NCBI GenBank assembly: GCA_031409655.1 | Contig: JANNXQ010000130.1 | Location: forward strand, 11,130 to 75,129 | From: Chthoniobacteraceae bacterium | GTDB taxonomy: Bacteria; Verrucomicrobiota; Verrucomicrobiia; Chthoniobacterales; Chthoniobacteraceae | DNA: 64,000 bases | Direction of reading: 5' to 3' | Shown: positions 18,894 to 29,576 of the stretch, one piece after another | How the letters are laid out: each line of letters opens with the position of its first letter | How positions within the stretch are numbered: the stretch's first letter is position 1 | Translations under genes and position numbers: made by a program | The notes under the pieces: generated by a model | The model's input: the letters and a program-made list of their open reading frames with translations, nothing else | Told to the model about the DNA's origin: nothing | Databases searched by the model: none

Positions 18894-21800
18894 ATGAACC
18901 TTCGTTTCACCTCAAAATTCCTGGCCGGACTTTTCCTCTGCTCCGCGGCCCTCGCTCCGGCTGGCCTGGCCCGCACCGACCACGATGCCGATGGCTACGA
19001 CGACGTCTGGCAGCGCGTGCATGGCGTGACCCTCGCGGCCTTCCCCCTCGCCGACGATGCCGACGGGGACGGCAATACCAACTACACCGAGAGCGAAGCC
19101 GGCACCGACCCGCGCAGCCCTCTCTCCCTGCTCACCATCCGTGCCGTCACGAAGACGGGCGGCAACATCGTCTTCAGCGCCGCGACCGTGAATCTCAAGC
19201 GCTACCAGCTCCAGAGCAGCGCCAGCCCCAGCGGCCCGACTTGGGTGAACGAAGGCGCAGCGATCACCGGTGATGGCACGGTCAAAAATTTCGCCGTTCT
19301 GCTCAGCGGGACGCAGAGATTCTACCGCATCTTTGTCCAGGATCAGGATGCCGATGGCGATACCGTGTCGGATTGGGCCGAGGCCCAAATGGGCACAAAC
19401 GCCACCCTCGCGACCACCCCCGGCAATGCTTCCGGGGGCACGGACACCGATGGCAACACCCTGCGCAGCCTGCTCTCGATCACCGCCGCCACGCTCACGC
19501 CCTCGGCGTTTGAAAAGGAAGGCACCCCTGCTTCGATCCGCCTTACGCGGACCTTTGGCACGATGGCGCTGACCCTGCCGCTCACGCAAGGCGGAGCCAG
19601 CGATCCGACGAAAGGTTCCGCGGCTCCCGCCGACTTCACTTTGACCGGTGCGACGGCGACCTCGGTCAGCTTTGCCAGCGGCGCCTCGATCCGCAATGTC
19701 ACCGTGACCCCGGTGCTCGACGCCGCGGCGGAGGTGCCGGAGACGCTCAAGCTCACGGTGGGCCTGCCGGGCATCCCGGCCACGGCGGCCTCGCCCTCGG
19801 CGGAGGTGCAGATCAAGGACGCCACCGTCATCACCGACAATCGCCGGCTCTACGTCGCCTATCTCGGCCGGGAAGCGGGAGTGACGACCACCGCCACCGG
19901 CATCGCGACCGCGCTGGTCAGTGGGGACAACGATCAGGCCGCGATCAGCCTGACCTTCAGCAATCTCTCCTCGGTGCAAAACACCGCCTACATCCGGTTC
20001 ACCAGCAACTCTGGCGAGGTAAAGCGCATTCCCAACGGCCAGGTCAGCGCCTTCCAGTGGGAAATCCGCGCCGCCCAGACCCTCATTACTGATCAAGCCA
20101 TGCTCAGTGCGCTGGCGGCCGGTCAGCTCTACGTAAGCGTCTCAAGCGCGGATTTTTCCGGGGGAGAAATCCGCGGGACCTTCGCGCTGGCCGATGGCTC
20201 GATCGCCGATCCGCCGGTGCCGCCCGCCCCGCCGGCTTTTGGCAGCGCCGAATATCCCAACCTCGCCCTCGGGGGCGTGACCAACAATCCAACCCTCGAT
20301 CGCGACATCGCCCGTTTCCTGATGCAAGCCACCTACGGCCCGACGCCGGAAAGCATCCAGGAAGTGCGCGACCTCATCACCGCAAATGGGAACGACATGA
20401 TCGCGGGTTACACCGCGTGGTTCAATGCGCAGACCAATCTCGCACTGACGCCCTCGCCGTCGCTGATGAAGCTCGTCCAGTCGGCGGACACCGAGGAGTT
20501 CATCCTGCGCAATTGCGCCCCGATCAATTACAACAACGATCCGCAGTTCGCCGGCAATGGGTTCGCCTTCAGCACGGCCTCACGCCTGTGGGTGGCCAAT
20601 GGCATCTGGAATAACAACCACCCCTTCCACAACAACCGTCGGCGCGAATGGTGGACGCTCGTCCTGAACTCCCAGGATCAACTCCGCCAGCGCATGGCGA
20701 TGGCCCTGCACGAGATCGTTGTCATTTCGGAAAATGATACGACGGTGCAGAATTCCCACTACGGGGCCGCGAATTACTGGGACATCCTCGCGGCGAATGC
20801 CTTCGGACCCTATCGCACGATCCTGCAGCGGGTGACTTACAGCCCGCTCATGGGTATCTACCTGAGCCATCTGAAGAATCAGGACCGCACCGGTTCGATC
20901 AGCCCCGATGAGAACTACGCGCGGGAGATCATGCAGCTCTTCTCGATCGGCCTCGTGCAGCGCCACCTCAATGGCAGCCTGAAACTCGATCCCGACAATG
21001 CGCTGCCAATCGTGACCTACGACCAGGGGGACATCACCGAAATGGCGCGCGTGATGACGGGCCTGAGCTTTGGCCGCCAGCACGCCAGCGTCGGCGCTCC
21101 CACTTACCCCTCCGCCAGCAGTCAGCGGATCGGGGCGGTTTCGACCAACACTGATTTCTTTGCCGGCGGTGGCCACCGCTACTGGCAGGGCCCCTGGACT
21201 GCGGACATGATCATGTTCCTGACCTACCACGACTTCAACGAGTACACCGCCTACACGGGACTCGCCAAGCCAGCCGGGGTGACGACCGCTTCCAAGATCC
21301 TCTTCCGCGACAAGATCGGGCAGACCGTTCTCCTCCCGCGGGCGAGCCAAACCACCGCCAATGCCAACCTCGACGTCACCGAGGCCCTGAACGCGCTGGG
21401 GAATCACCCGAACACCGCGCCTTTCATCTCGCGCCTGCTCATCCAGCGTTTCACCAGTGCGAATCCGAGCGCGGGTTACTTGTATCGCGTCGCCCTGAAG
21501 TATCAGCAGACCAGCGGGAATCTCGGCGAAGTGCTGAAAGCCATCCTGCTCGACTACGAAGCCCGGAGCCTGAGCATCGCGGACAATACCGCGAGCGCCG
21601 GTAAGCCGAAGGAGCCGCTCCTCCATTACGCGGCGATGCTGCGCGCGACGAAGTGCTACACCGGCTCTCCCCTCGCGAACCTCGCCACCATGCCGGTGAC
21701 CTTCACGGCGACGCAATCCCAGCAGATCGCGCCCTATGAAGCGGCGGAGTTCAACAAATTCCCGGCGGGCACGAAACGCTTCCGTTACTTCGACACCGAG

Positions 21801-22586
21801 AACCAGCTCACCCAGTCGCCCCAATCCGCACCGAGCGTCTTCAATTGGTTCCTGCCCGACTACGTGCTGGCCGGGCCGCTCGCTCAGGCTGGCCTCGTGG
21901 CCCCGGAACTCCAGGTCGCCACCGAGTCCAACGTGATCAACATCGTCAACGAACATACCGCCGTGCTCTTCACGAGCATTCCGCCAGCGACTACGGTGAA
22001 ACCGGGGCGTGGTTTGGACGACTTCTTCAATCTCGCCACCTACCAAACCGGGGGCGGGACGCAGTTGACGGTTCCCGCATATGGCCAGCCTTACGATGTC
22101 GGCAGCAATCCGACCGGCGTCGGTTACTTCAGCGCCTCGACCTTCGACGCCAGCCCGGGCGGGACGGAGACGGGGGGCACGATTAACAACCAGCTCGATA
22201 ACCTCCTCCCCGACTACTCGGCCCTGACCACCCTCTACACGAACTCGTACAACCAGAAGCTGATCGACCTCTACGCGCCCAACCCCGTGCCGGCCGCACC
22301 CACCAACGCGGACAAGAACCAGGCGCACGATGTCGCCGCACTCGCGGTGCTCGACCAGTATGACCTGCTTTTCACCGGCGGATTCCTGAAGGCGAACTTC
22401 GGCGCGCTTCCGCCCACTACGGCGAGTCCGCGGCGATCCATCATCGATAACGTGGCTGGGGGGATCGGCAGCCGCACCACTCACACCGACGCCATCAACA
22501 ATGGCTTCCTCACCAATGCCCAGTTGCGCTGCAAGAACATTGCCTACCTGATCGCCACCTCCCCGCAGGCGCTCATTCTGAAGTAA
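18894..22586 (+). CDS. Large secreted DUF1800 protein with N-terminal Ca-binding repeats, Calx-beta-like and CHRD-like domains
   Basis: Signal peptide, DADGDG repeats, GQLYVSVSSADFSGGEIRG (CHRD-like), then RFLMQATYGPT, DQLRQRMAMALHEIVVIS, PDENYAREIMQLFSIGL and APSVFNWF. Confidence 0.9.
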   Translation: MNLRFTSKFLAGLFLCSAALAPAGLARTDHDADGYDDVWQRVHGVTLAAFPLADDADGDGNTNYTESEAGTDPRSPLSLLTIRAVTKTGGNIVFSAATVNLKRYQLQSSASPSGPTWVNEGAAITGDGTVKNFAVLLSGTQRFYRIFVQDQDADGDTVSDWAEAQMGTNATLATTPGNASGGTDTDGNTLRSLLSITAATLTPSAFEKEGTPASIRLTRTFGTMALTLPLTQGGASDPTKGSAAPADFTLTGATATSVSFASGASIRNVTVTPVLDAAAEVPETLKLTVGLPGIPATAASPSAEVQIKDATVITDNRRLYVAYLGREAGVTTTATGIATALVSGDNDQAAISLTFSNLSSVQNTAYIRFTSNSGEVKRIPNGQVSAFQWEIRAAQTLITDQAMLSALAAGQLYVSVSSADFSGGEIRGTFALADGSIADPPVPPAPPAFGSAEYPNLALGGVTNNPTLDRDIARFLMQATYGPTPESIQEVRDLITANGNDMIAGYTAWFNAQTNLALTPSPSLMKLVQSADTEEFILRNCAPINYNNDPQFAGNGFAFSTASRLWVANGIWNNNHPFHNNRRREWWTLVLNSQDQLRQRMAMALHEIVVISENDTTVQNSHYGAANYWDILAANAFGPYRTILQRVTYSPLMGIYLSHLKNQDRTGSISPDENYAREIMQLFSIGLVQRHLNGSLKLDPDNALPIVTYDQGDITEMARVMTGLSFGRQHASVGAPTYPSASSQRIGAVSTNTDFFAGGGHRYWQGPWTADMIMFLTYHDFNEYTAYTGLAKPAGVTTASKILFRDKIGQTVLLPRASQTTANANLDVTEALNALGNHPNTAPFISRLLIQRFTSANPSAGYLYRVALKYQQTSGNLGEVLKAILLDYEARSLSIADNTASAGKPKEPLLHYAAMLRATKCYTGSPLANLATMPVTFTATQSQQIAPYEAAEFNKFPAGTKRFRYFDTENQLTQSPQSAPSVFNWFLPDYVLAGPLAQAGLVAPELQVATESNVINIVNEHTAVLFTSIPPATTVKPGRGLDDFFNLATYQTGGGTQLTVPAYGQPYDVGSNPTGVGYFSASTFDASPGGTETGGTINNQLDNLLPDYSALTTLYTNSYNQKLIDLYAPNPVPAAPTNADKNQAHDVAALAVLDQYDLLFTGGFLKANFGALPPTTASPRRSIIDNVAGGIGSRTTHTDAINNGFLTNAQLRCKNIAYLIATSPQALILK

Positions 22587-22632
22587 CACCCACGCGATCA
22601 CCGCCCACCCGGAACCTTCACCCACCCTTCCC

Positions 22633-24288
22633 ATGAACCTACGCCTCCGCCGCAAGTCTGCTGAAAACCTCTCCCGTCGCGATTTCCTCATCCGTGGCGG
22701 ATGCGGAGCCATGAGCCTGACTACCGTGGTCAACACCATTGCCCAGCTCAAGCTGATGCAAGGTGCGCTCAATGCCCAGGGCGGCGCACCCGGTTACAAG
22801 GCCCTCGTCTGCGTCTTCCTGGCTGGCGGCAATGACTCGAACAATCTGCTCATCCCTTTCTCCGGCAGCGCGCGCACCGACTATACGACCGGGCGCGGCG
22901 CGCTCGCCATCCCGACCACGGGGGCAAATCCGCTGACCAACCTGACCAACACGCAACTCACCACGGTGCCGGCGGAAGTCACTGCGGCTGATCCGATCGG
23001 AGGCTATCTCGGCACCTTTGCCGTGCATCCCCAGTGCGGCGCGATCCGCGACATGTTCAATGCCGACGAACTCGCCTTCGTCGCCAATGTCGGCACCCTC
23101 GTGCAGCCCGGCATCACCCGCGCCAACTACGCCACTTCGCCCAAGCCGCCCCAACTTTTCTCCCACTCGGATCAAGTCACGCAGTGGCAGAGTAGCGTGC
23201 CCGATCAGCCCTTTACCAGCGGCTGGGGCGGGCGCATTGCGGATTTGCTGGACCCCGCCTTCAACGGCAGTTCGGCGGCCTCCATGTCCATCTCGATCTC
23301 CGGCGTGAACAGCTTCCAGGTCAGCCCCACGGGCACCGTCACTCCTTACGTCATGCGCAGCAGCGGCGTCGTCAGTCTGAGCGGCTACGGGACGAACTAC
23401 GCGTCCGCGGTCAATAACACGTCGCAGACCTTTGTGGATGCGAACTACAGGACCAACGAGCAGGGGCGGCGGCTGCGGGCCTTTGAGCAAATCCTCAACA
23501 TGAGTAACAACAGCCTGCTGGAAAATGCCTATAACGGCGTGGTCCACAGCGCGCGGCTCACGGAGGGCGTGGTCGGGACGGCGCTGGTGCCGACGGTGGC
23601 CGGGAGTGGGACGACGCTCGACGTGCATTTCGACAATGCCTTCGCCGGCGCGGAGGCCGGGATCACCGCGAACAATGACTTCACCAATCAGATGAAACTC
23701 GTGGCGCGCCTCATCGCCGGACGATCCTCCCTCGGCAACGATCGCCAGATTTTCTTCGTCCAACTCGGCGGCTTCGACACCCACACCACCCAGATTCCCA
23801 CCGCCGGCAATGTGTACGCCACCGGCCACACCGGCCTGATGAATGTGCTCAATCGCACCCTCAAGGCCTTCCGCGATTCGCTGGTCGATCTCAGCGTTTG
23901 GGACAACGTCGTCACCTGCACCTCGTCGGATTTCACCCGCACCTTCACCGCCAATAAGACCGACTCAAGCGCGGGCAGCGATCACGCTTGGGGCGGCCAC
24001 ACCATGGTCATGGGCGGGCCAGTCATCGGCGGTCGCATCTACGGGAAGTATCCGCCGCTCAAGCTCGGCGGCTTGGCGAACAGCATCGACTCCACCGGTT
24101 CGAGTGGCCGCTGGATTCCCAGCACCTCGGTGGATCAATACGCCGCCGTCCTGGCTCGTTGGCTCGGCGTGGACGCCGCGAATCTGGCGACGATCTTCCC
24201 GAATCTCACGCGCTTCAACGCCGCGCCCTTCAACCAGATTCTCCAGCCGAATCAGACACCGAATCTCGGCTTCCTGAATCTCGCCTAG
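22633..24288 (+). CDS. Tat-exported DUF1501 protein
   Basis: SRRDFL Tat motif, YKALVCVFLAGGNDSNN, LFSHSDQ, GGFDTH and GSDHAWGG. Confidence 0.92.
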   Translation: MNLRLRRKSAENLSRRDFLIRGGCGAMSLTTVVNTIAQLKLMQGALNAQGGAPGYKALVCVFLAGGNDSNNLLIPFSGSARTDYTTGRGALAIPTTGANPLTNLTNTQLTTVPAEVTAADPIGGYLGTFAVHPQCGAIRDMFNADELAFVANVGTLVQPGITRANYATSPKPPQLFSHSDQVTQWQSSVPDQPFTSGWGGRIADLLDPAFNGSSAASMSISISGVNSFQVSPTGTVTPYVMRSSGVVSLSGYGTNYASAVNNTSQTFVDANYRTNEQGRRLRAFEQILNMSNNSLLENAYNGVVHSARLTEGVVGTALVPTVAGSGTTLDVHFDNAFAGAEAGITANNDFTNQMKLVARLIAGRSSLGNDRQIFFVQLGGFDTHTTQIPTAGNVYATGHTGLMNVLNRTLKAFRDSLVDLSVWDNVVTCTSSDFTRTFTANKTDSSAGSDHAWGGHTMVMGGPVIGGRIYGKYPPLKLGGLANSIDSTGSSGRWIPSTSVDQYAAVLARWLGVDAANLATIFPNLTRFNAAPFNQILQPNQTPNLGFLNLA

Positions 24289-24312
24289 CGGCGCGCGGCG
24301 GAAGCGAACGAC

Positions 24313-24861
24313 ATGGCGTCCGCGCGCTTCCGCTTTCGCTGGCTCATCGGCGCATCGGCCTTGCTGGCCGTCGCGAGCGTCCTGTGGTTCCTCCAGGGAA
24401 GTCGCGACATCGAGCCGACTGCGGACCCGCAGGCAAGCGTCGGAACCTCCGCGGCAAACCCCGCCTCCCGCCCGACGACCGTCGCCACCGTCACGCCGCC
24501 TGCGGAGCTGCCGCCGATCACCCTCATGCCCGCAGCCACGGAGTTGAGTGCCGCCTTGCTCCGCAAGGACGACCCCGCCGGCGCGCTCCAGGCCGTCGAG
24601 CAACTCCTCTATTTCTATCGGCAAGGCCTGGGCGAAAATCCCACTGGCCAAAATGAAGACGTCGTCGCCGCGATGCTCGGGGAGAACCCCAAGCGCGCCG
24701 CGTATCTCCCCGCGAATTCCCCCGCGATCAAGGATGGCAAGCTCCTGGATCCGTGGGGCACTCCGTATTGGTTTCATCCCGTGAGCCGCGACCGGATGGA
24801 GATCCGCAGCGCTGGCCCGGATCGCGACCTTTTCACCAGCGACGACTTGCAGGGCAACTGA
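24313..24861 (+). CDS. Membrane-anchored protein with a GspG/pseudopilin-like C-terminal motif
   Basis: N-terminal TM, a Pro/Thr linker, and LLDPWGTPY...EIRSAGPD...DDL. Confidence 0.65.
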   Translation: MASARFRFRWLIGASALLAVASVLWFLQGSRDIEPTADPQASVGTSAANPASRPTTVATVTPPAELPPITLMPAATELSAALLRKDDPAGALQAVEQLLYFYRQGLGENPTGQNEDVVAAMLGENPKRAAYLPANSPAIKDGKLLDPWGTPYWFHPVSRDRMEIRSAGPDRDLFTSDDLQGN

Positions 24862-25120
24862 AGCCGCCATCGGATCGCAAAGAAACGGAAGGGACAGGAG
24901 TCAGAGCTGACGGGCGCTCAGTGAAAACGAGTTTTCAGTGTCAAGGCCCCGGAGCGACCATCTCAAAACCGCGTTAACTGAGCGCCATTTCCCTTGATTG
25001 CGCGCTCCGCGCGACCGTCTCGCATGGCGCGCGGAGTGCGCCATCCACCAAGGCCCGCCCCCTCCGAACCGAAGGGGCGTTGACGCGACGGCGTGACGCG
25101 GCGCTAATTCGCATCCTCGT

Positions 25121-27196
25121 ATGAAGGTCCCACTCTCGCTGCTCGCTGCCCTTGCCCTCGCCGTTCCGCTTTCCGCGCAAGAGGTCGCGCTCAGCGCGCC
25201 ACCGCTCGCCAACGCCGCACCGGAGAAGAAGCAGGGACTGGCGGTGACTTTCTCCGGCGGCGGGAAGACGGACACGCGCGCCGCACGGCTGGTGGCGCTG
25301 TTCGTGCCGGTAGGGCAGCCGGCGAGTCCCTTCGTCCCGGCGGGGCCATTCACGGCGCGCTGGGAGGCGGACATTCTTTCGCCGCTGCGCGCCGAGTACA
25401 CTTTCACGGTGGAAACGAACGGTGTCGCGACGGCCACGCTGAATGGCGAGCCGCTGCTCGACAGCCGCCAGAAAGCCGCGCCGATGCCGACGAAATTGCA
25501 GAAGGGCGCGAACAAGCTCGTGGTGGAATTTGCGAGTCCGAAGGAAGGCGACGCCGCGCTGCGGCTGCTCTGGTCATCGAAGGAATTTCCCACTGAGCCC
25601 GTGCCACCGACGGTCTTCCAGCACGACGCGCACACCGCCGAAGTGCGCACCGGCGGGCGGCTCCGCGAAGGCCGGCTGCTCTTCGCGCAAAACCGCTGCG
25701 TGGCCTGTCACGATGCGGGCACCTTGCTCCCGGCAAAGGGCAAAGGTCTGCCGGAACTCGCGCAGGACGCGCCGACTTTCGAGGCTGTCGGGAGCAAGTT
25801 TCAGGAGGCGTGGCTTGCGGCGTGGATCAATGATCCGTACGCCATCCGCCCCGGTTCGCTGATGCCGCGGATCTTCACCGGTGAAGGCGAGGCGATCGAT
25901 CAGCGCGCCGCGGATCTCGCGGCGTATTTCGTCAGCACAGCCGCGCCGAAAGACGCGCCGGCCGTCGCGGATGGCTCCGTCGCCCAGGGCGCCGCACTCT
26001 TTGCAAATCTCGGCTGCATCGCCTGTCACCCCAAGCCGGATGCGGATGGACAGGACGCCCACGAACGGGTGCCACTCGCGCACGTAAAGGCAAAGTGGCA
26101 GCCCGCTGCGCTCGTCGAGTTTCTCAAGGATCCGGCGAAGAACTACGTCTGGAACCGCATGCCGCACTTTCGCCTCAGCGACGAGGAAGCGAACCAACTC
26201 GCTGCCTATCTCGTGAGCACGGCGGCGCAGGAATTTTCCGGAGCCCCGAAAGGCGACGCCACCCGCGGCGCGCAACTCCTCGCCACGTCGAACTGCCTGA
26301 ACTGCCACGCTGGCGTGCCACCAACGACGACGCCGACGCTCGCCGCCACGCTCGCGGGGGGCTGGAGCAAAGGCTGCCTCGCGCCGGATGCCGCGGCGCG
26401 CGGCAAGGCTCCAGACTTTGCCTTTGCGCCAGAGCAGCGGGACGCGCTCGTCGCTTTCGCGGCGCAGGGATTTGCCTCGCTGAAGCAGGACGCAGCCGCG
26501 GAATTTGCCGAACGGCAGATCAAGAACCTGCGCTGCACCGCATGCCACAGTGCCGACGGCGAGCCCAGCGTGTGGTCGCAACTCGAGGAGGAAATCAGCT
26601 CGCTCCAAACCGCCGCGCCGCTCGAAGAAGGCGAAGGGAAGCCGATCCACACCACCGCGCTCCCGATGCTCACCTGGCTGGGCGAAAAGCTGCGGCCCGA
26701 TTACCTCGCGACCTTCATCGGCGGCCACACGGAGGACAAACCGCGCCCGTGGATCATCGGTCGGATGCCGGGATTTTCCGCCGCTGCGGAAGGGCTCGCC
26801 AAAGGATTGCCGCACGGCCACGGCTTCGGCGCGACGATCGCCGCCGAACCCGCGCCGGACGCCGAGACAGTGAAAGCGGGCGCCACGCTGCTCGGGGAAA
26901 ATGGCGGCTTCAATTGCCTCCAGTGCCACACCCTCGGGGATCGCGCGGCCACCGCGGTCTTCGAAGCGCCGGGCCCGAATCTCGCGCTCACGCCAGTGCG
27001 GCTGCGGAAGGAATACTTTCACCGCTGGGCGATCGCGCCGACCCGCATCGATCCTGAGACGAAGATGCCGAAATTTGCCGACGAAGAAGGCCGCACCCAG
27101 CTCACCGACTTTTTCGAAGGCAAAGCCCGCGAACAGTTCGAGGCGATCTGGCAGTATCTGCAGACGCAGCGGCGCGAGCACCGGATTCGTCCTTGA
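25121..27196 (+). CDS. Secreted multiheme c-type cytochrome with an N-terminal PA14-like domain
   Basis: Signal peptide and five CxxCH motifs (CVACH, CIACH, CLNCH, CTACH, CLQCH), with MP distal-ligand motifs. Confidence 0.88.
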   Translation: MKVPLSLLAALALAVPLSAQEVALSAPPLANAAPEKKQGLAVTFSGGGKTDTRAARLVALFVPVGQPASPFVPAGPFTARWEADILSPLRAEYTFTVETNGVATATLNGEPLLDSRQKAAPMPTKLQKGANKLVVEFASPKEGDAALRLLWSSKEFPTEPVPPTVFQHDAHTAEVRTGGRLREGRLLFAQNRCVACHDAGTLLPAKGKGLPELAQDAPTFEAVGSKFQEAWLAAWINDPYAIRPGSLMPRIFTGEGEAIDQRAADLAAYFVSTAAPKDAPAVADGSVAQGAALFANLGCIACHPKPDADGQDAHERVPLAHVKAKWQPAALVEFLKDPAKNYVWNRMPHFRLSDEEANQLAAYLVSTAAQEFSGAPKGDATRGAQLLATSNCLNCHAGVPPTTTPTLAATLAGGWSKGCLAPDAAARGKAPDFAFAPEQRDALVAFAAQGFASLKQDAAAEFAERQIKNLRCTACHSADGEPSVWSQLEEEISSLQTAAPLEEGEGKPIHTTALPMLTWLGEKLRPDYLATFIGGHTEDKPRPWIIGRMPGFSAAAEGLAKGLPHGHGFGATIAAEPAPDAETVKAGATLLGENGGFNCLQCHTLGDRAATAVFEAPGPNLALTPVRLRKEYFHRWAIAPTRIDPETKMPKFADEEGRTQLTDFFEGKAREQFEAIWQYLQTQRREHRIRP

Positions 27197-27231
27197 ACCC
27201 GCTGCGCTCGTTCTGAGAGCGTCCCGCCCTC

Positions 27232-28254
27232 ATGTCCGGCCCGACCCCATCGCCGCAGAAAACTCTCGTCGTTGCGCAAGCTGGCATCGGCTATTGGGGG
27301 CCAAACATCCTCCGCAACCTTGTCGGCAATCCGCGCTGTCGGGTGAAGACCGCAGCGGACCTTTCGCCGGAGCGGCGGAAATTTGTGCAAGGTCTCTATC
27401 CCGGAGTCGCCACGACCGCCGATGTCGAGAGCATGATCGCCGACCCGGAGATCGACGCCGTGGTCATCGCCACGCCGGCCTCCACGCACTTCGATCTCGC
27501 GATGCGCGCCATCGCCGCCGGCAAACATGTGCTCGTGGAGAAGCCCTTTGCCACGACGGTTTCCGAGGTCGAGCAGATCGGCGCGGCGGCGACGAAAGCG
27601 GGGCTTGTCGCGATGGCCGCGCACACTTTCATCTTCAATGATGCGGTGCGTTACCTGAAGAAGCTCATCGATTCCGGCGAACTCGGCGAGGTGCGTTACA
27701 TCTATAGTCAGCGGCTCAATCTTGGCCGCATCCGCGCGGACGTGGATGCGCTTTGGAACTTCGCGCCGCACGACGTGAGCATCATTCAGTACCTGCTCGG
27801 CGATCCGGAGCCCGCCTCCGTCCATCGGCAGGGCATGGACTATGTGCAGCCGGGCATCGAGGACGTCGTCTTCCTGCACATCGAGTATCCGCAGAAGGTG
27901 ATGGCCCACATCCACGTGAGCTGGCTCGACCCGCACAAGGTCCGCTCGATGACCGTCGTCGGCACGAAGAAGATGGCCGTCTATGACGATGTGGCCGACG
28001 ACAAGATCGCGATCTACGACAAGGGCATCGAACCCAAGGCCGTGCTCGGCCAGCGCATGGATTTCGACGCGCCCCGCCCGATGCAATTCACCCACCGCAG
28101 CGGCGACATCCTCATTCCGCGCATCGATTTCCGCGAGCCGCTGAAGGTCGAGATCGATCACTTTTTCGACTGCATCACGGGCGCCACGCCCTGCCTCACC
28201 GGACCGGCGCACGCGCGAGAAGTCATCCGCATCCTCAGCGCCGCAAAGCAATGA
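27232..28254 (+). CDS. Gfo/Idh/MocA oxidoreductase (sugar-nucleotide dehydrogenase-like)
   Basis: GIGYWG, GKHVLVEKP and ALWNFAPHD. Confidence 0.9.
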   Translation: MSGPTPSPQKTLVVAQAGIGYWGPNILRNLVGNPRCRVKTAADLSPERRKFVQGLYPGVATTADVESMIADPEIDAVVIATPASTHFDLAMRAIAAGKHVLVEKPFATTVSEVEQIGAAATKAGLVAMAAHTFIFNDAVRYLKKLIDSGELGEVRYIYSQRLNLGRIRADVDALWNFAPHDVSIIQYLLGDPEPASVHRQGMDYVQPGIEDVVFLHIEYPQKVMAHIHVSWLDPHKVRSMTVVGTKKMAVYDDVADDKIAIYDKGIEPKAVLGQRMDFDAPRPMQFTHRSGDILIPRIDFREPLKVEIDHFFDCITGATPCLTGPAHAREVIRILSAAKQ

Positions 28255-28718
28255 GCGAGCAACCACGGGTGCGGCAAAGCGGGATCGTCGGGGTGACCTT
28301 CGGCACGAACGTCACGATCATCGAGCCGGTCAATCTTTACGGCTGCACCATCGGCGAGAACTGCTTCATCGGGCCATTCGTCGAGATCCAGCGCGACGTG
28401 AAGATCGGGAGCTACTGCAAGATCCAGTCGCACGCCTTCATCTGCGAACTCGTCGAGATCGGCGACCACTGCTTCATCTCGCACGGCGCGATGTTTGTGA
28501 ATGACCTCTTCGCCACCGGCGGCCCGGCGGGTGGAAAGAAGGAACTCTGGAAGGCGACGCGCATCGGCGACCACGTCTCCATCGGCACGAACGCGACGGT
28601 GCTCCCGGTGCGCATCTGCGACCGCGTGGTCATCGGCGCGGGCTCGGTGGTCACGCGCGACATCACGGAGCCCGGCATTTACGCGGGTAATCCGGTGCGG
28701 AAGTTGCGGATCCTGTAG
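28251..28718 (+). CDS. Hexapeptide-repeat N-acetyltransferase
   Basis: Left-handed beta-helix repeats and IGAGSVVTRDI...YAGNP. Confidence 0.9.
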   Translation: MSEQPRVRQSGIVGVTFGTNVTIIEPVNLYGCTIGENCFIGPFVEIQRDVKIGSYCKIQSHAFICELVEIGDHCFISHGAMFVNDLFATGGPAGGKKELWKATRIGDHVSIGTNATVLPVRICDRVVIGAGSVVTRDITEPGIYAGNPVRKLRIL

Positions 28719-28765
28719 CGCCTTCGTCGCTTGCCAGTGACGCGCTCCAGCCGAATGCTAAGCCC

Positions 28766-29092
28766 ATGACCCTGCTGCAGAAACGCGACGCCGATCGCCA
28801 GGCCCGACGCCTCGTGCTCTTTGACGAGACCCGCGCCCGGCTGCGCGAGGTCCTTGCGGAAGTTCTGCCTGGAGTGCGCGTGATCGTCTTCGGCTCCCTC
28901 ACGAAACGCGGCACCTTCAACGACGCCTCGGACATCGACCTCGCGCTCTTCGAAGAGCCAGCGGGCAAAAGCATCTTCGGCCTGATGGCGGACATCGATG
29001 AACGGATGCGCCGCCCGGTGGATATTCTGCTGCTCGAGAAAACTAGGTTGAAGGAAAAGATCCTGCGAGAAGGAGAGACATGGACGACGTAG
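28766..29092 (+). CDS. Minimal nucleotidyltransferase (MNT) antitoxin
   Basis: VFGS...SDIDL motif, RPVDI and ILREG. Confidence 0.85.
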   Translation: MTLLQKRDADRQARRLVLFDETRARLREVLAEVLPGVRVIVFGSLTKRGTFNDASDIDLALFEEPAGKSIFGLMADIDERMRRPVDILLLEKTRLKEKILREGETWTT

Positions 29093-29565
29093 CACTGACC
29101 GCATTGTGGAACGAGATGAAGAAGGACGTGGAAGTGGCGATCGGCGCATCTCAACTCGTCAAAGAGCGGTTGAGCGAAGGAACTCCGGCCGCCCTCGACA
29201 GTGCCGCGCATCACTACACGCGCTTTTTCAATGTCGTCGAACAGATGGGACTACGGATCGCCAAGGCTTTCGAAAACAACATCGATGACGAGCGTGGCTG
29301 GCACGCTGAACTCATCCGGCGCATGACCATCGGCATTTCTGGCGTACGTCCGCCGCTCTTTCCGGACGAGCGCGCTCCCGCTCTTCGAGAGCTGCGAAGA
29401 TTTCGGCACGTTTTCAATCACGCGTACGATCTGGAGGTGGACGTCGAGAAGCTGCAATTTTTGCAGCGCTATCTGGATCGCGTCGCAACGCATCTGGCCT
29501 CGGACGCGCGGCGATTCATCGAAGGCGTCGCGGCCATGCACGGGCTGACCGTTCCCGCCGAGTAG
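29080..29565 (+). CDS. HEPN (HepT-like) RNase toxin
   Basis: WHAELI...M and ELRRFRHVFNHAY (Rx4H). Overlaps the MNT gene. Confidence 0.82.
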   Translation: MDDVALTALWNEMKKDVEVAIGASQLVKERLSEGTPAALDSAAHHYTRFFNVVEQMGLRIAKAFENNIDDERGWHAELIRRMTIGISGVRPPLFPDERAPALRELRRFRHVFNHAYDLEVDVEKLQFLQRYLDRVATHLASDARRFIEGVAAMHGLTVPAE

Positions 29566-29576
29566 TTACCGATCCC

